Of a DNA stretch of 64,000 bases, positions 34,201 through 47,400 are shown piece by piece; position 1 is the stretch's first letter, and every line of letters begins with the position of its first letter. This DNA comes from Eledone cirrhosa (taxonomy: Eukaryota). The translations under genes and the position numbers were made by a program. The stretch spans positions 9,176,001 to 9,240,000 of the forward strand of contig OZ024745.1 of assembly GCA_964016885.1 (NCBI GenBank), written 5' to 3'. The notes under the pieces were generated by a model that worked only from the letters and a program-made list of their open reading frames with translations, had not been told where the DNA came from and searched no databases.

Positions 34201-37200
34201 AGAGAACAAATATTAAAATAACAGCAGAAACTAAAAGTTAAACCCCATAAACCCCAAATAATGTAGTACATTAACAGGAGTCAGTGATTATTTTAATGTG
34301 TAATGGAATGGCCAGCTTAGTAAATTTATGTGTAAATGCCTGAGCATTCCTCAAACATGTGCAACTTTAACATAGTTCTCAGGTACAAATAATTTTTGCC
34401 AGCTGAGTTGACTGAAGCAATATGATGATCATGATGATGATATGTGTGTTTTAAATGGTCGTCATGACTCACCACTGTGCAATTGTTGCAGTTTCAATGC
34501 ACAATTAAGTAAAATGAAAAAATGTCTAATATGACACCTATTGATAATCTAAACACCTTAACCTTCATGCATCTAGAGCTAATTAATAAATGAGTATCAC
34601 TCATGCTTTGTTGTTCATTCAATTATCAACATTGCACCTCATAGATCTGTGCACTTGTTGGTGCTGTTAGCAGGTCTGTGCAATTGTGCCAGTATGAGAA
34701 ATTAGTAACACATATGCTGGTGTTGTTAGAAACACTGCACCTCACTCACAGATCTGTGAACATGCTGGTGTTAGCAACACTACACCTCACTCAGATCTGT
34801 GAACATGTTGGTGTTGTTAGCAACACTGCACCTCGCTCACAGATCTGTGAACATGCTGGTGTTAGCAACACTGCACCTCGCTCACAGATCTGTGAACATG
34901 CTGGTGTTAGCAACACTGCACCTCGCTCACAGATCTGTGAACATGCTGGTGTTAGCAACACTGCACCTCGCTCACAGATCTGTGAACATGCTGGTGTTAG
35001 CAACACTGCACCTCGCTCACAGATCTGTGAACATGCTGGTGTTAGCAACACTGCACCTCGCTCACAGATCTGTGAACATGCTGGTGTTAGCAACACTGCA
35101 CCTCGCTCACAGATCTGTGAACATGCTGGTGTTAGCAACACTGCACCTCGCTCACAGATCTGTGAACATGCTGGTGTTGTTAGCAACACTGCACCTCGCT
35201 CACAGATCTGTGAACATGTTGGTGTTGTTAGCATGCTTCAAAATATGTCTATCCAATATCTTAACTTAACCCTTTTGTTACCATATTCCTCATGAAAGAT
35301 ACTGCTTATAATTTTCAATTACATTTTTAAATAATCAGCAATTTGGAGGTATTTAGTATATAACTAACGTTTTCATTAAGTTAGTGGTTGAAACATAACT
35401 TAACAAAGATTCTTACTTAAAAGTTTTAGAACATAACTTAAGAAAAGGATCAGGATCTTACAAAACATTATAATGGAAGGTTTAAATTTAAACAAAAACT
35501 CTTTAAAAATAAAAAAATGTTCATCTTAGAACCAAAAGGGAGCAGTTTGAGGCAGGTTGGTATCAGAAAGGTTAAAAGGATACACTTCCATCTCTAAAGT
35601 CAAGAAGAGATCTAAAATACATCAAACATTGGAACCATTATTAAATTCAGCGACCAGAACAAAAGTAACTAAAACTAGAAACTATATTAAAAGACAAGGG
35701 AAGGGTAGATATTGAAAGTGTGTTGGGTAGAAGTAATCCATTAGTTAATGTCTACACATCAGATTCTACCTGGAAATGTTGCTAGAGTTTGCATCAACAT
35801 TCTTCTTCAACTCCCGGGGTGGCATTGATGGCTTAATTGTAGATGGTCTACTGATTTCTAATGAATTATAATGTGTGACATAGTCCTCTGGGTCAGCTAA
35901 ACTGGATTCAGGTCCCAAATCTACCAGGGGACCTAATGCTATATTTTCTGAGTCTCTGTTAATATTTTTATCAAGCTGTAGTTCATCATTTCTATACCGT
36001 TCCTCTTGAGCTCGTAACCAACGTTCTTCAGATTCTTGCTTCAGTTTATCAGCTCGAGCCTTTTCTTCTATACGTTGTTTCTCTTCAAGTTCTTCCACTC
36101 GTCTCTTTTCCTCAGCAAGTTCCGCTTGACGCTTTTTCTGTCAAAGTAAAAATATCAGTTTGTAATTTAGAAAATTACAACAGTCAAAAAAATAATAATA
36201 ATAATGTAAAATCCAAATAAAAATCTTTACACATAGGTGGCTTCACCAACCCACAATTGGCCAAGTGTGGGGAGTATGGATACACCCCTGAAGATGTGAC
36301 CAAAACGAAAAGTGAGGGAAGTCAACCAGGTTGGAGTTCTTCCAACAAGAGTGTGAAGGCCCTAGATTGGATTGGTCATACTAGTGACATGACAAAAAGT
36401 ACCCAGTCCAATCTGTAGAGTCAAAGCACACGTTCTATGACAAAAAAGCACCCAGTCCACCCTGTAAGGTGGTAGTATGGGTGCCATGAAAAAAAAACTC
36501 CCTGTTCACCCTGTATGTTAGAATGTGTGTGAACGAGTGTGTGTATGTGTATGATACACACTGTATGTGTGAATGTGTGTATATGTGTGAATGTGTGTAT
36601 GTATAATAATAATAATGAAATTATTGTGTAAAGTGCTCAGTTGCACTACAACTCGTCAAAGGTGTATGTATAGTACATAGAATAATATACAAATGTCAGG
36701 GAAGTGAATAGTGTATGAGTCATGATATACATGTGTGTGTATGTGTATGGAGAGGGAACATTAGGTGTAGTTTGGCGAATCTCGGGAAGCATGGAGGTTT
36801 TAAAGGATGCAGAGTCTCGACAGCTAACAACTGATGCCGGTAGTTTGTTCCATGCTTCAGCAACTCTGAGCGTGAAAAAATGTTTCCAAAAGTCATGGGA
36901 ACTGTGCTGTTTTCTGACTTTGTGGGCATGTCCACGTGTGTTAGACACATGGAAATCAAAAAGGTGAACGAATGTGTGTATGTGTGTGAATGTGTGTAGG
37001 TCTGTGAATGTGTGAGTGATAAACTGATATAATACCAACCTCAGATTGTGTCCGTCTGTTTTCTTCAATAATATATTGTTCTGTTAGGCTTTTCTTCAAT
37101 TTCTCAGCAATTGGAAATACTAGTTTTAATTTCTATAACACACAGAAATAAACCAAACATTAATCTTCGTGGAAAGCTATAGACAACAAAAGTTTGAAAA

Positions 37201-40200
37201 CTAAATTAATTGTTCTCTTATGTATTTTATACTGACATGATGAAAAAGCATCCACTCCACCCTGTAAGGTGGTTGTGCTGGTGACATGATGAAAAGTACC
37301 CAGTCCACTCTGTAAGGCGGTTGTGCTGGTGACATGATGAAACGTACCCAGTCCACCCTGTAAGGTGGTTGTGCTGGTGACATGATGAAAAGAATCCAGT
37401 CCACTCTGTAAGGTGGTTGTGCTGGTGACATGATGAAAAGAACCCAGTCCTCTCTGTAAGGTGGTTGTGCTGGTGACATGATGAAAAGAACCCAGTCCAC
37501 TCTGTAAGGTGGTTGTGCTGGTGACATGATGAAAAGAACCCAGTCCACTCTGTAAGGTGGTTGTGCTGGTACCACAATAAAAAGTATCTAGTCCACACTG
37601 TAATGCGGTTGATATTAGGAAGAGCATCCAGCCATAGATACAAATCCCAAATAAAGATCAATATAAGCAAGACATCATCATTTGATCTGGATTGCCTCAT
37701 AAACTGATAACATATATAACCCATACAAGTGTGGAAACATAGACACTCAACGGTGATGATGATGATGGTAGATGTGAGAAAAAAGAAAGGAATAGGAAAA
37801 ATAGCAGAGACAGGCTCTGAAAACCAAATAGTAATGTTGGTGCTAATATATTTATTGTAGTGAGTTAAGAAACTATAACCTATTAAAAATAGAATGCAAA
37901 GACATCTTCTCTTATGAGGTCTCACAAAGATTATAATGAAGAGGATAAGAAATGAAATTTGTAGTCTAAATATAGATTATAGAGCTGGTGATTTAGGTTT
38001 GAAAAAATTATTAATTAATAGAGACTCCCTTCAGTCATAAGTGATCTTGGATTTTGCACCTAGAAAGTTCTCCTCTGAGGCACAAAGTCTGGGCAAAGTT
38101 GTTTGTAGAAGACCAGCAGTCACCCATGCATGCCAACCTCCCCTCTCCATGCCACCAATGTTGTCCAAGAGAAAGGCAAAGGCCAATACAACTTGGCACC
38201 AGTGACAACATATATATACGCTATATATGATGTTGTTCAAGGGAAAGGCAATGGTTGATACAGCTTGGCGCCAGTGATGTCACAGCTCATTTCTACAGCT
38301 GACTAAACTGGAGTAACATGACATAAAGTGTCTTGCTCAAGGACATTACAGCCAGTCTGGGAATTGAACTTACACCCTGACGATTGTAAACCCAACACTC
38401 TGACCACTAAGCCATGTGTTTTAATTTGATAAAGTAGTTACTGTTTAACCTCAGGCTAGTCTTGGTCAACCTGATATTTGACCATTTACCTAACAATCAT
38501 CATCATCATCATTGTTTAACGTCTATCTTCCACGCTAGCATGGGTTTAGACGGGAATTGTCCCACGTGAGGCAAGATTGGTTGTCTTGCTCATATAGGAC
38601 TATCTGACAGGTTTTCTATGGCTGGATGCCCTTCCTAACACCAACCACATTTACAGTGTGGAACTGGGAACTTTTCACCGTGTTACCTACACGGCCACAT
38701 TACAGCGTGGGCTGTGTGTTTTTTTGTTGTGACACCTACACAATCTCATTATCTCATTTATTTGAACTGGATGTTGTGGTACCAAATTTACAGAGAGAGG
38801 GTGGTGTTGGTGGGAGTGGGAGGATAGGGTAGGGGTAGTGGATTGGGGTGTATATTTGGTTAAGAGGTGTCTACTGACTGTTGTTTTCGCTTTGTACATA
38901 GACAAGGCGGATCTTCTGTATTACTGTGTAGCGCCAAAGATCTCGGTCCAGTGACATTGTCTTAGAGAGGTGCAAGTGTGTAAGGTCGGAATTTATCAGA
39001 TCGTCCCAGGTTTTTCTGGGTCTACCTACTCCATAACTACCATCAATTTTGATCGCCCTGCACTTTTTTATACAGCTGTCGTCTTTCATGCGCATCACGT
39101 GACCATACCAAAGTAGTCTTCTCTCGAGTAAACAGCAACTGATCCCTCTTATTCCTAATTTCTCACTTAGTTCATTTATGCTTTGCCGTTCACATATATT
39201 ACTATTACACATCCAACGGAGCATGCATGCTTCATTGCTTTCCAGTCTGCGCAGATCCTCAGCACACAATGCCCATGTCTCACTGCCATGTAACATTGCT
39301 GTTCGTATACAGGCATCATACAATCTGCCTTTCATTTTTAGAGAGAAACCTTTAGTGGACAACAGCAGTATAAGCTCTCTGAACTTTTTCCAACCCGTTC
39401 TGTCTATGGCTACTGTACTTTCAGAACACCTTCCACCACTGCTGATTTCGTCACCCAGGTAACGGAAGGTGTCCACTATTTCTATAGAACCATCTGGGCA
39501 ATAGAAGGAGCTAGTATCCTGTGGGCACTTGCTACTTATTGCACCTGAGCATCGGCCACATATAAAGTCTACATTCTTAGATAGTTTACCTGTGATCCCA
39601 CATCTTTTATGTACCCATAATTTGCATTACAGTTTCTAATGTGTCCTTCTTTTTTTAAGATGGTAGAGTATAATTTGGCTACTTTTGCTAACAGGGTGGG
39701 TAACCACAGTCACCATTGTTGGAGAGAAGGTAACTTAAGGAGGTGGGTGGGTAACCACAATCACCATTGTTGGCTAGAGAGAAGGTAACTTAAGGAGGAG
39801 GTTGGGTAACCACAGTTACCATTGTTAGAGAGAAGATAACTTAAGGAAGAGGAAGTAGTATTTTCATTGTAATGAGAAAAATATGTCAATTGATTTCTAT
39901 TTACTTTTTTGTTATCAGCAACAACTGCAGGTTCTGAACCTTTATACAAAGGATGTGTTGGCAGCTTTTCCACAAATAACCTGAAGTTAAAAGCATAAGT
40001 TGCATTAAAATATCAAAATAATATCTTATAATTGTTAGGACCAGAAAATGAAGAAACAAAGAAAAATCTCAACATTCAATAAAAACAATTTATTGACTAT
40101 TTGGACTTTTCCCATACATATTGTTACTTTTCTTTTCTTTTCTTTTTCTATACTAATAAGTCAGCTAGGTGAAGCGATGACCCTAATTAGGGCCTAGGAG

Positions 40201-40201
40201 C

Positions 40202-40245
<44 letters not shown>

Positions 40246-40458
40246 TAGAAATATGTAAACTTACGTAATAAACTTTGAATAAAGTATAAATGCAGGCTCT
40301 AAATTCCCTTCTTCATGATAAACGGCAGCCATTCGTAACATTTCTAAACCAGATCGGAAATATTGTTTTGGTGCAACTGACTTATCAATTGTAACTTGAC
40401 ATCCGAACTCACAAAGAGCGCGTGTACGAGCATATGGATCGTGGATATTTTCAAACAT
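28144..40458 (-). CDS. STAMBP: STAM-binding protein / AMSH, K63-specific JAMM deubiquitinase, 9 coding exons, 449 aa
   Basis: Exons 40265-40458, 39905-39980, 37040-37132, 35770-36137, 33310-33508, 32561-32698, 30228-30340, 29773-29875 and 28144-28209 give 1350 nt in frame. N-terminal MIT-like region ([43 protein letters not shown]), coiled coil, STAM-SH3 motif [15 protein letters not shown], intact JAMM motif [18 protein letters not shown]-terminal DLR. Confidence 0.95.
29773..29875 (-). CDS. STAMBP: STAMBP exon 8 ([12 protein letters not shown]...[13 protein letters not shown])
   Basis: Acceptor aaacag, donor gtaag; carries the structural Zn ligands C...H-x-H. Confidence 0.92.
30228..30340 (-). 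CDS. STAMBP: STAMBP exon 7 ([38 protein letters not shown])
   Basis: JAMM core; acceptor aag, donor gtaag. Confidence 0.94.
30668..30996 (+). mobile_element. Complete tRNA-headed SINE with RTE-derived 3' tail
   Basis: A box TGGCTTAGTGG, B box GAGTTCAATT, central CCTTGAGCAAGACACTTTATTTCAC domain; tail near-identical to the 3' end of the 19512 LINE. Confidence 0.9.
32561..32698 (-). CDS. STAMBP: STAMBP exon 6 ([15 protein letters not shown]...LITFGWIH)
   Basis: Acceptor tttcag, donor gtaag, 138 nt. Confidence 0.94.
33310..33508 (-). CDS. STAMBP: STAMBP exon 5 (PSVDRSTKP...GLRTVMVP...[10 protein letters not shown])
   Basis: Acceptor ttttcag, donor gtgag, 199 nt. Confidence 0.93.
33885..34280 (+). 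mobile_element. 3' remnant of an R4/Dong-like RLE non-LTR retrotransposon
   Basis: [33 protein letters not shown] and, after a frameshift, [12 protein letters not shown]. These fit the EKxxKYxDL...IIGALG...LLGTAHILRK consensus. Confidence 0.7.
34630..35233. repeat. 45-bp palindromic minisatellite, ~10 near-perfect copies plus degenerate flanks, in STAMBP intron 4
   Basis: CTCACAGATCTGTGAACATGCTGGTGTTAGCAACACTGCACCTCG repeated. Confidence 0.95.
35270..35571. mobile_element. piggyBac-type MITE
   Basis: TTAA|CCCTTTTGTTACCA ... TGGTATCAGAAAGG|TTAA, with imperfect TIRs. Confidence 0.6.
35770..36137 (-). CDS. STAMBP: STAMBP exon 4 (charged coiled coil and linker)
   Basis: Acceptor gacag, donor AG|gtagaa, 368 nt; phases fit both neighbours; ORF 35766..36098. 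Confidence 0.85.
36604..36965 (-). mobile_element. 3' end of a CR1/L2-group LINE
   Basis: [13 protein letters not shown]...[20 protein letters not shown]...SFK is a typical CR1 ORF2 C-terminus; (ATT)n tail; embedded in TG-rich simple repeats. Confidence 0.8.
37040..37132 (-). CDS. STAMBP: STAMBP exon 3 ([20 protein letters not shown]...)
   Basis: Acceptor ttatag, donor gttggt, 93 nt. Confidence 0.88.
37230..37630. repeat. 48-bp tandem repeat (~7 copies) derived from a retroelement 3' UTR module
   Basis: GTGACATGATGAAAAGAACCCAGTCCACTCTGTAAGGTGGTTGTGCTG repeated, running into TTAGGAAGAGCATCCAGCC. Confidence 0.92.
38497..39628 (-). mobile_element. 5'-truncated RTE LINE of a second family, in STAMBP intron 2
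   Basis: ORF 38871..39476 ([47 protein letters not shown]); PHD half CKLWVHKRC...FICGRC; long 3' UTR; (TGA)n tail. Confidence 0.92.
39695..39850. repeat. ~50-bp tandem repeat, 3 copies
   Basis: GGGTAACCACAGTCACCATTGTTGGAGAGAAGGTAACTTAAGGAGG repeated. Confidence 0.75.
39905..39980 (-). CDS. STAMBP: STAMBP exon 2 ([25 protein letters not shown])
   Basis: Acceptor cttcag, donor gtaaat, 76 nt. Confidence 0.92.
40204..40240. repeat. (GA)n microsatellite
   Basis: Perfect GA run, about 18 units. Confidence 0.95.
40265..40458 (-). CDS. STAMBP: STAMBP first coding exon
   Basis: ORF 40261..40458, donor gtaag. A pyrimidine tract and AG just upstream of the ATG imply a separate 5' exon. Confidence 0.93.
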
Positions 40459-41124
40459 CTTGAAAAATGTAAACTAGAAATAGAAAATAATAAACATACA
40501 TAAACAATAATAAAAACTAATAACCCTTCAAAGCTTCAATAACTTGTTACAATATATATTTTAGGGCACTTTAAGTATGAAATGTTCGATTTCAAATTGA
40601 AAGTGGATAAGGAAATCAGACATTTCATACTTATTAGCCTAATATTTTACATTTCTCTTTTTTATACCAATTTATTTCATAGCTCTTACAATCTTTTTCA
40701 GGAAAGTGATATTTTCTGAGATATATTCTTATTATAAGAAATTATAAATAAGGCTCATCTGTGTCAACTACTTAGTTGTTTACTTTTAATATTGATAGCA
40801 AAATATTGTAATTTAACAGATGTTAAGAACAGTTGTGATAGCTAAATTGTTATGGGTTAACAATTACAATTTTAAACCCAATCTCATTCACTTGATTATA
40901 TCATCTGGCAAAGTTCACTACTTTTGTCTGATTCACTCAACTTACATTCTTCTTAAGTGGAATTGCATGTGACAGAGAATCCAAGAATACTGCAGCATTT
41001 TCTGCAAAGATATCTACTTAAAGAATAACAACCTTTGCTACTAAATAAAATTTATTGTAAATAATTTCTTTAGTTTTACCTCCATTTTCATTTTAACATT
41101 GAACTATTATGTGTGCATTTATAC

Positions 41125-41270
41125 AGGTGAATCAGTACGATACATATACACCCACTCATTTGAGTCTATATGATATATATATATACACCCACATATTTGA
41201 GTCTATATGATATATATACACCCATACATTTGAGTCAGTATGATACATATACACCCACACATTTGAGTAT
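41125..41270. repeat. ~33-37 bp minisatellite, 4 copies
   Basis: TGATATATACACCCACATATTTGAGTC repeated. Confidence 0.8.
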
Positions 41271-41418
41271 GTTGTGCGCAATCATGCAAATGAGTTTGTA
41301 AGATGTATGCATATATTAAATATTTCGTTCCTGGTGCGACTTTTTATGAAAGCTCAGTTGGAATGTAGATAAATATTGTTCATTGTAGAAAGTTCTATAT
41401 GAGAAAACTGTACATCAC

Positions 41419-44400
41419 TATAGCTATAACTGAAACTGTGACACTGCTGAGCTGGTTGCTGTGTAACTATAACTGAAACTATGACACTGCTGAGCTGGTT
41501 ACTGTGTAACTATAACTGAAACTATGACACTGCTGAGCTGGTTACTGCATAACTATAACTGAAAATGTGGCACTGTTGAGCTGGTTACTGTGTAACTATA
41601 ACTGAAACTGTGACACTGCTGAGCTGGTTACTGTATAGCTATAACTGAAACTGTGACACTGCTGAGCTGGTTACTGTGTACCTATAACAAACTGTGACAC
41701 TGTTGAGCTGGTTATTGTATAGCTATAACTGAAACAGTGACACCGAGGAGCTGGTTACTGTGTAACTATAACTGAAACTGTGACACTGCTGAGCAGGTTA
41801 CTGTGTAACTATAACAAACTATGACACTGCTGAGCAGGTTACTGCATAACTATAACTGAAACTGTGACACTGCTGAGCTGGTTACTGTGTAACTATAACT
41901 GAAACTGTGACACTGCTGGGCTGGTTACTGTGTAACTATAACTGAAACTGTGACACTGCTGAGCTGGTTACTGTGTAACTATAACTGAAACTGTGACACT
42001 GCTGGGCTGGTTACTGTGTAAATATAACTGAAACTGTGACACTGCTGAGCTGGTTACTGTATAGCTATAACTGAAACTGTGACACTGCTGAGCTAGTTAC
42101 TGTATAGCTATAACTGAAACTGCGACACTGCTGAGCTGGTTACTGTGTAACTATAACTGAAACTGTGACACTGCTGGGCTGGTTACTGTGTAACTATAAC
42201 TGAAACTGTGACACTACTGAGCAGGTTACTGTGTAACTATAACTAAAACTGTGACACTGCTGGGCTGGTTACTGTGTAACTATAACTAAAACTGTGACAC
42301 TGCTGAGCTGGTTACTGTATAGCTATAACTGAAACTGTGACGCTGCTGAGCTGGTTACTGTGTAACTATAACTGTAACACTGCTGGGCTGGTTACTGTGT
42401 AACTATAACTGAAACTGTGACACTGCTGAGCTGGGTACTGTATAACTATAACTATGACACTGCTGAGCTGGTTACTGTGTAACTATAACTGAAACTGTGA
42501 CACTGCTGAGCTAGTTACTGTGTAACTATAACAAACTGTGACACTGCTGAGCCGGTTACTGTTTAACTATAACTGTGACACTGCTGAGCTGGTTACTGTG
42601 TAACTATAACTGAAACTGTGACACTGCTGAGCTGGTTACTGTATAGCTATAACTGAAACTGTGACGCTGCTGAGCTGGTTACTGTGTAACTATAACTGAG
42701 ACACTGCTGAGCTGGTTACTGTGTAACTATAACTGAAACTGTGACACTGCTGAGCTGGTTACTGTATAGCTATAACTGAAACTGTGACGCTGCTGAGCTG
42801 GTTACTGTGTAACTATAACTGAGACACTGCTGAGCTGGTTACTATGTAACTATAACTAAAACTGTGACACTGCTGAGCTGGTTACTGTTTAACTATAATT
42901 GAAACTCTGACACTGCTGAGCTGGTTACTGTGTAACTATAACTATAACTGTGACACTGCTGAGCTGGTTACTGTGTAACTATAACTAAAACTGTGACACT
43001 GCTGAGCTAGTTACTGTGTAACTATAACAAACTGTGACACTGCTGAGCCGGTTACTGTTTAACTATAACTGTGACACTGCTGAGCTGGTTACTGTGTAAC
43101 TATAACTGAAACTGTGACACTGCTGAGCTGGTTACTGTATAGCTATAACTGAAACTGTGACGCTGCTGAGCTGGTTACTGTGTAACTATAACTGAGACAC
43201 TGCTGAGCTGGTTACTGTGTAACTATAACTGAAACTGTGACACTGCTGAGCTGGTTACTGTATAGCTATAACTGAAACTGTGACGCTGCTGAGCTGGTTA
43301 CTGTGTAACTATAACTGAGACACTGCTGAGCTGGTTACTATGTAACTATAACTAAAACTGTGACACTGCTGAGCTGGTTACTGTTTAACTATAATTGAAA
43401 CTCTGACACTGCTGAGCTGGTTACTGTGTAACTATAACTATAACTGTGACACTGCTGAGCTGGTTACTGTGTAACTATAACTAAAACTGTGACACTGCTG
43501 AGCTTGTTACTGTGTAACTATAACTAAAACTGTGACACTGCTGAGCTGGTTACTGTGTAACTATAACTAAAACTGTGACACTGCTGAGCTGGTTACTGTG
43601 TAACTATAACTAAAACTGTGACACTGCTGGGCTGGTTACTGTGTAACTATAACTGAAACTGTGAAACTGCTGAGCTGGGTACTGTATAACTATAACTAAA
43701 ACTGTGACACTGCTGAGCTGGTTACTGTGTAACTATAACTGAAACTGTGACACTGCTGAGCTAGTTACTGTGTAACTATAACTGAAACTGTGACACTGCT
43801 GAGCTGGTTACTGTATAGCTATAACTGAAACTGTGACGCTGCTGAGCTGGTTACTGTGTAACTATAACTGTGACACTGCTGAACTGGTTACTGTGTAACT
43901 ATAACTGAAACTGTGACACTGCTGAGCTGGTTACTGTATAACTATAACTAAAACTGTGACACTGCTGAGCTGGTTACTGTATAGCTATAACTGAAACAGT
44001 GACACTGCTGAGCTGGTTACTGTGTAACTATAACTGAAACTGTGACACTGCTGCGCTGGTTACTGTAAAGCTGTAACTGAAACTGTGACACTGCTGAGCT
44101 TGTTACTGTGTAACTATAACTGAAACTGTGACACTGCTGAGCTAGTTACTGTGTAACTATAACAAACTGTGACACTGCTGAGCTGGTTACTGTGTAACTA
44201 TAACTGTGACACTGCTGAGCTGGTTACTGTATAACTATAACAAACTGTGACACTGCTGAGCTGGTTACTGTATAACTATAACAAACTGTGACACTGCTGA
44301 GCCAGTTACTGTATAGCTATAACAAACTGTGACACTGCTGAGCTGGTTACTGTTTAACTATAACTGTGACACTGCTGAGCTGGTTACTGTATAGCTATAA

Positions 44401-47400
44401 CTGAAACTGTGACACTTATGAGCTGGTTACCGTATAGCTATACCTGAAACTGTGACACTGCTGAGCTGGTTACTGTGTAACTATAACTGAAACTGTGACA
44501 CTGCTGAGCTGGTTACTGTGTAACTATAACTGAAACTGTGACACTGCCGAGCTGGTTACTGTAGCTATAACTGAAACTGTGACACTGCTGAGATGGTTAC
44601 TGTGTAACTATAACTGAAACTGTGACACTGCTGAGCTAGTTACTGTGTAACTATAACTGAAACTGTGACACTGCTGAGCTGGTTACTGTATAGCTATAAC
44701 TGAAACTGTGACGCTGCTGAGCCGGTTACTGTTTAACTATAACTGTGACACTGCTCAGCTGGTTACTGTGTAACTATAACTGAAACTGTGACACTGCTCA
44801 GCTGGTTACTGTGTAACTATAACTGAAAGTGTGACACTGCTGAGCTGGTTACTGTATAGCTATAACTGCAACTGTGACGCTGCTGAGCTGGTTACTGTGT
44901 AACTATAACTGAGACACTGCTGAGCTGGTTACTGTGTAACTATAACTGAAACTGTGACACTGCTGAGCTGGTTACTGTATAGCTATAACTGAAACTGTGA
45001 CGCTGCTGAGCTGGTTACTGTGTAACTATAACTGAGACACTGCTGAGCTGGTTTCTATGTAACTATAACTAAAACTGTGACACTGCTGAGCTGGTTACTG
45101 TTTAACTATAATTGAAACTCTGACACTGCTGAGCTGGTAACTGTGTAACTATAACTATAACTGTGACACTGCTGAGCTGGTTACTGTGTAACTATAACTA
45201 AAACTGTGACACTGCTGAGCTTGTTACTGTGTAACTATAACTAAAACTGTGACACTGCTGAGCTGGTTACTGTGTAACTATAACTAAAACTGTGACACTG
45301 CTGAGCTGGTTACTGTGTAACTATAACTAAAACTGTGACACTGCTGGGCTGGTTACTGTGTAACTATAACTGAAACTGTGAAACTGCTGAGCTGGGTACT
45401 GTATAACTATAACTAAAACTGTGACACTGCTGAGCTGGTTACTGTGTAACTATAACTGAAACTGTGACACTGCTGAGCTAGTTACTGTGTAACTATAACT
45501 GAAACTGTGACACTGCTGAGCTGGTTAATGTATAGCTATAACTGAAACTGTGACGCTGCTGAGCTGGTTACTGTGTAACTATAACTGCGACACTGCTGAG
45601 CTGGTTACTGTGTAACTATAACTGAAACTGTGACACTGCTGAGCTGGTTACTGTATAACTATAACTAAAACTGTGACACTGCTGAGCTGGTTACTGTATA
45701 GCTATAACTGAAACAGTGACACTGCTGAGCTGGTTACTGTGTAACTATAACTGAAACTGTGACACTGCTGCGCTGGTTACTGTAAAGCTGTAACTGAAAC
45801 TGTGACACTGCTGAGCTTGTTACTGTGTAACTATAACTGAAACTGTGACACTGCTGAGCTAGTTACTGTGTAACTATAACAAACTGTGACACTGCTGAGC
45901 TGGTTGCTGTGTAACTATAACTGTGACACTGCTGAGCTGGTTACTGTATGACTATAACAAACTGTGACACTGCTGAGCCAGTTACTGTATAGCTATAACA
46001 AACTGTGACACTGCTGAGCTGGTTACTGTTTAACTATAACTGTGACACTGCTGAGCTGGTTACTGTATAGCTATAACTGAAACTGTGACACTTATGAGCT
46101 GGTTACCGTATAGCTATACCTGAAACTGTGACACTGCTGAGCTGGTTACTGTGTAACTATAACTGAAACTGTGACACTGCTGAGCTGGTTACTGTGTAAC
46201 TATAACTGAAACTGTGACACTGCCGAGCTGGTTACTGTAGCTATAACTGAAACTGTGACACTGCTGAGATGGTTACTGTGTAACTATAACTGAAACTGTG
46301 ACACTGCTGAGCTAGTTACTGTGTAACTATAACTGAAACTGTGACGCTGCTGAGCTAGTTACTGTGTAACTATAACTGAAACTGTGACACTGCTGAGCTG
46401 GTTACTGTATAACTAAAACTGAAACTGTGACACTGCTGAGCTGGTTACTGTGTAACTATAACTGAAACTGTGACACTGCTGAGCTGGTTACTGTGTAACT
46501 ATAACTGAAACTGTGACACTGCCGAGCTGGTTACTGTATAACTAAAACTGAAACTGTGACACTGCTGAGCTGGTTACTGTATAACTAAAACAGAAACTGT
46601 GACACTGCTGAGCTAGTTACTGTGTAACTATAACTGAATCTGTGACACTGCTGAGCTAGTTACTGTGTAACTATAACTGAAACTGTGACACTGCTGAGCT
46701 GGTTACTGTGTAACTACAACTGTGACACTGCTGAGCTGGTTACTGTATAACTATAACAAACTGTGACACTGCTGAGCCAGTTACTGTATAGCTATAACAA
46801 ACTGTGACACTGCTGAGCTGGTTACTGTTTAACTGAAACTGTGACACTGCTGAGCTGGTTACTGTATAGCTATAACTGAAACTGTGACACTGCTGAGCTG
46901 GTTACTGTGTAACTATAACTGAAACTGTGACACTGCTGAGCTGGTTACTGTGTAACTATAACTGAAACTGTGACACTGCCGAGCTGGTTACTGTAGCTAT
47001 AACTGAAACTGTGACACTGCTGAGATGGTTACTGTGTAACTATAACTGAAACTGTGACACTGCTGAGCTAGTTACTGTGTAATTATAACTGAAACTGTGA
47101 CACTGCTGAGCTAGTTACTGTGTAACTATAACTGAAACTGTGACACTGCTGAGCTGGTTACTGTGTAACTATAACTGAAACTGTGACACTGCTCAGCTGG
47201 TTACTGTGTAACTATAACTGAAACTGTGACACTGCTGAGCTGGTTACTGTATAGCTATAACTGAAACTGTGACGCTGCTGAGCTGGTTACTGTGTAACTA
47301 TAACTGAGACACTGCTGAGCTGGTTACTGTGTAACTATAACTGAAACTGTGACACTGCTGAGCTGGTTACTGTATAACTATAACTAAAACTGTGACACTG

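Noticed and set aside
34678-35295. 205-aa repeat ORF as a protein-coding gene
   Set aside because: A by-product of a stop-free 45-bp unit in an intron, with a non-ATG start and no exon structure.
37160-37925. Three overlapping repeat ORFs on the - strand
   Set aside because: These are translations of the 48-bp tandem repeat.
41460-41475. GTAACTATAAC resembles the LSU rRNA / I-CeuI site
   Set aside because: The match is only ~11 nt and the following GGTCCTAAGGTAG is absent; most likely chance.
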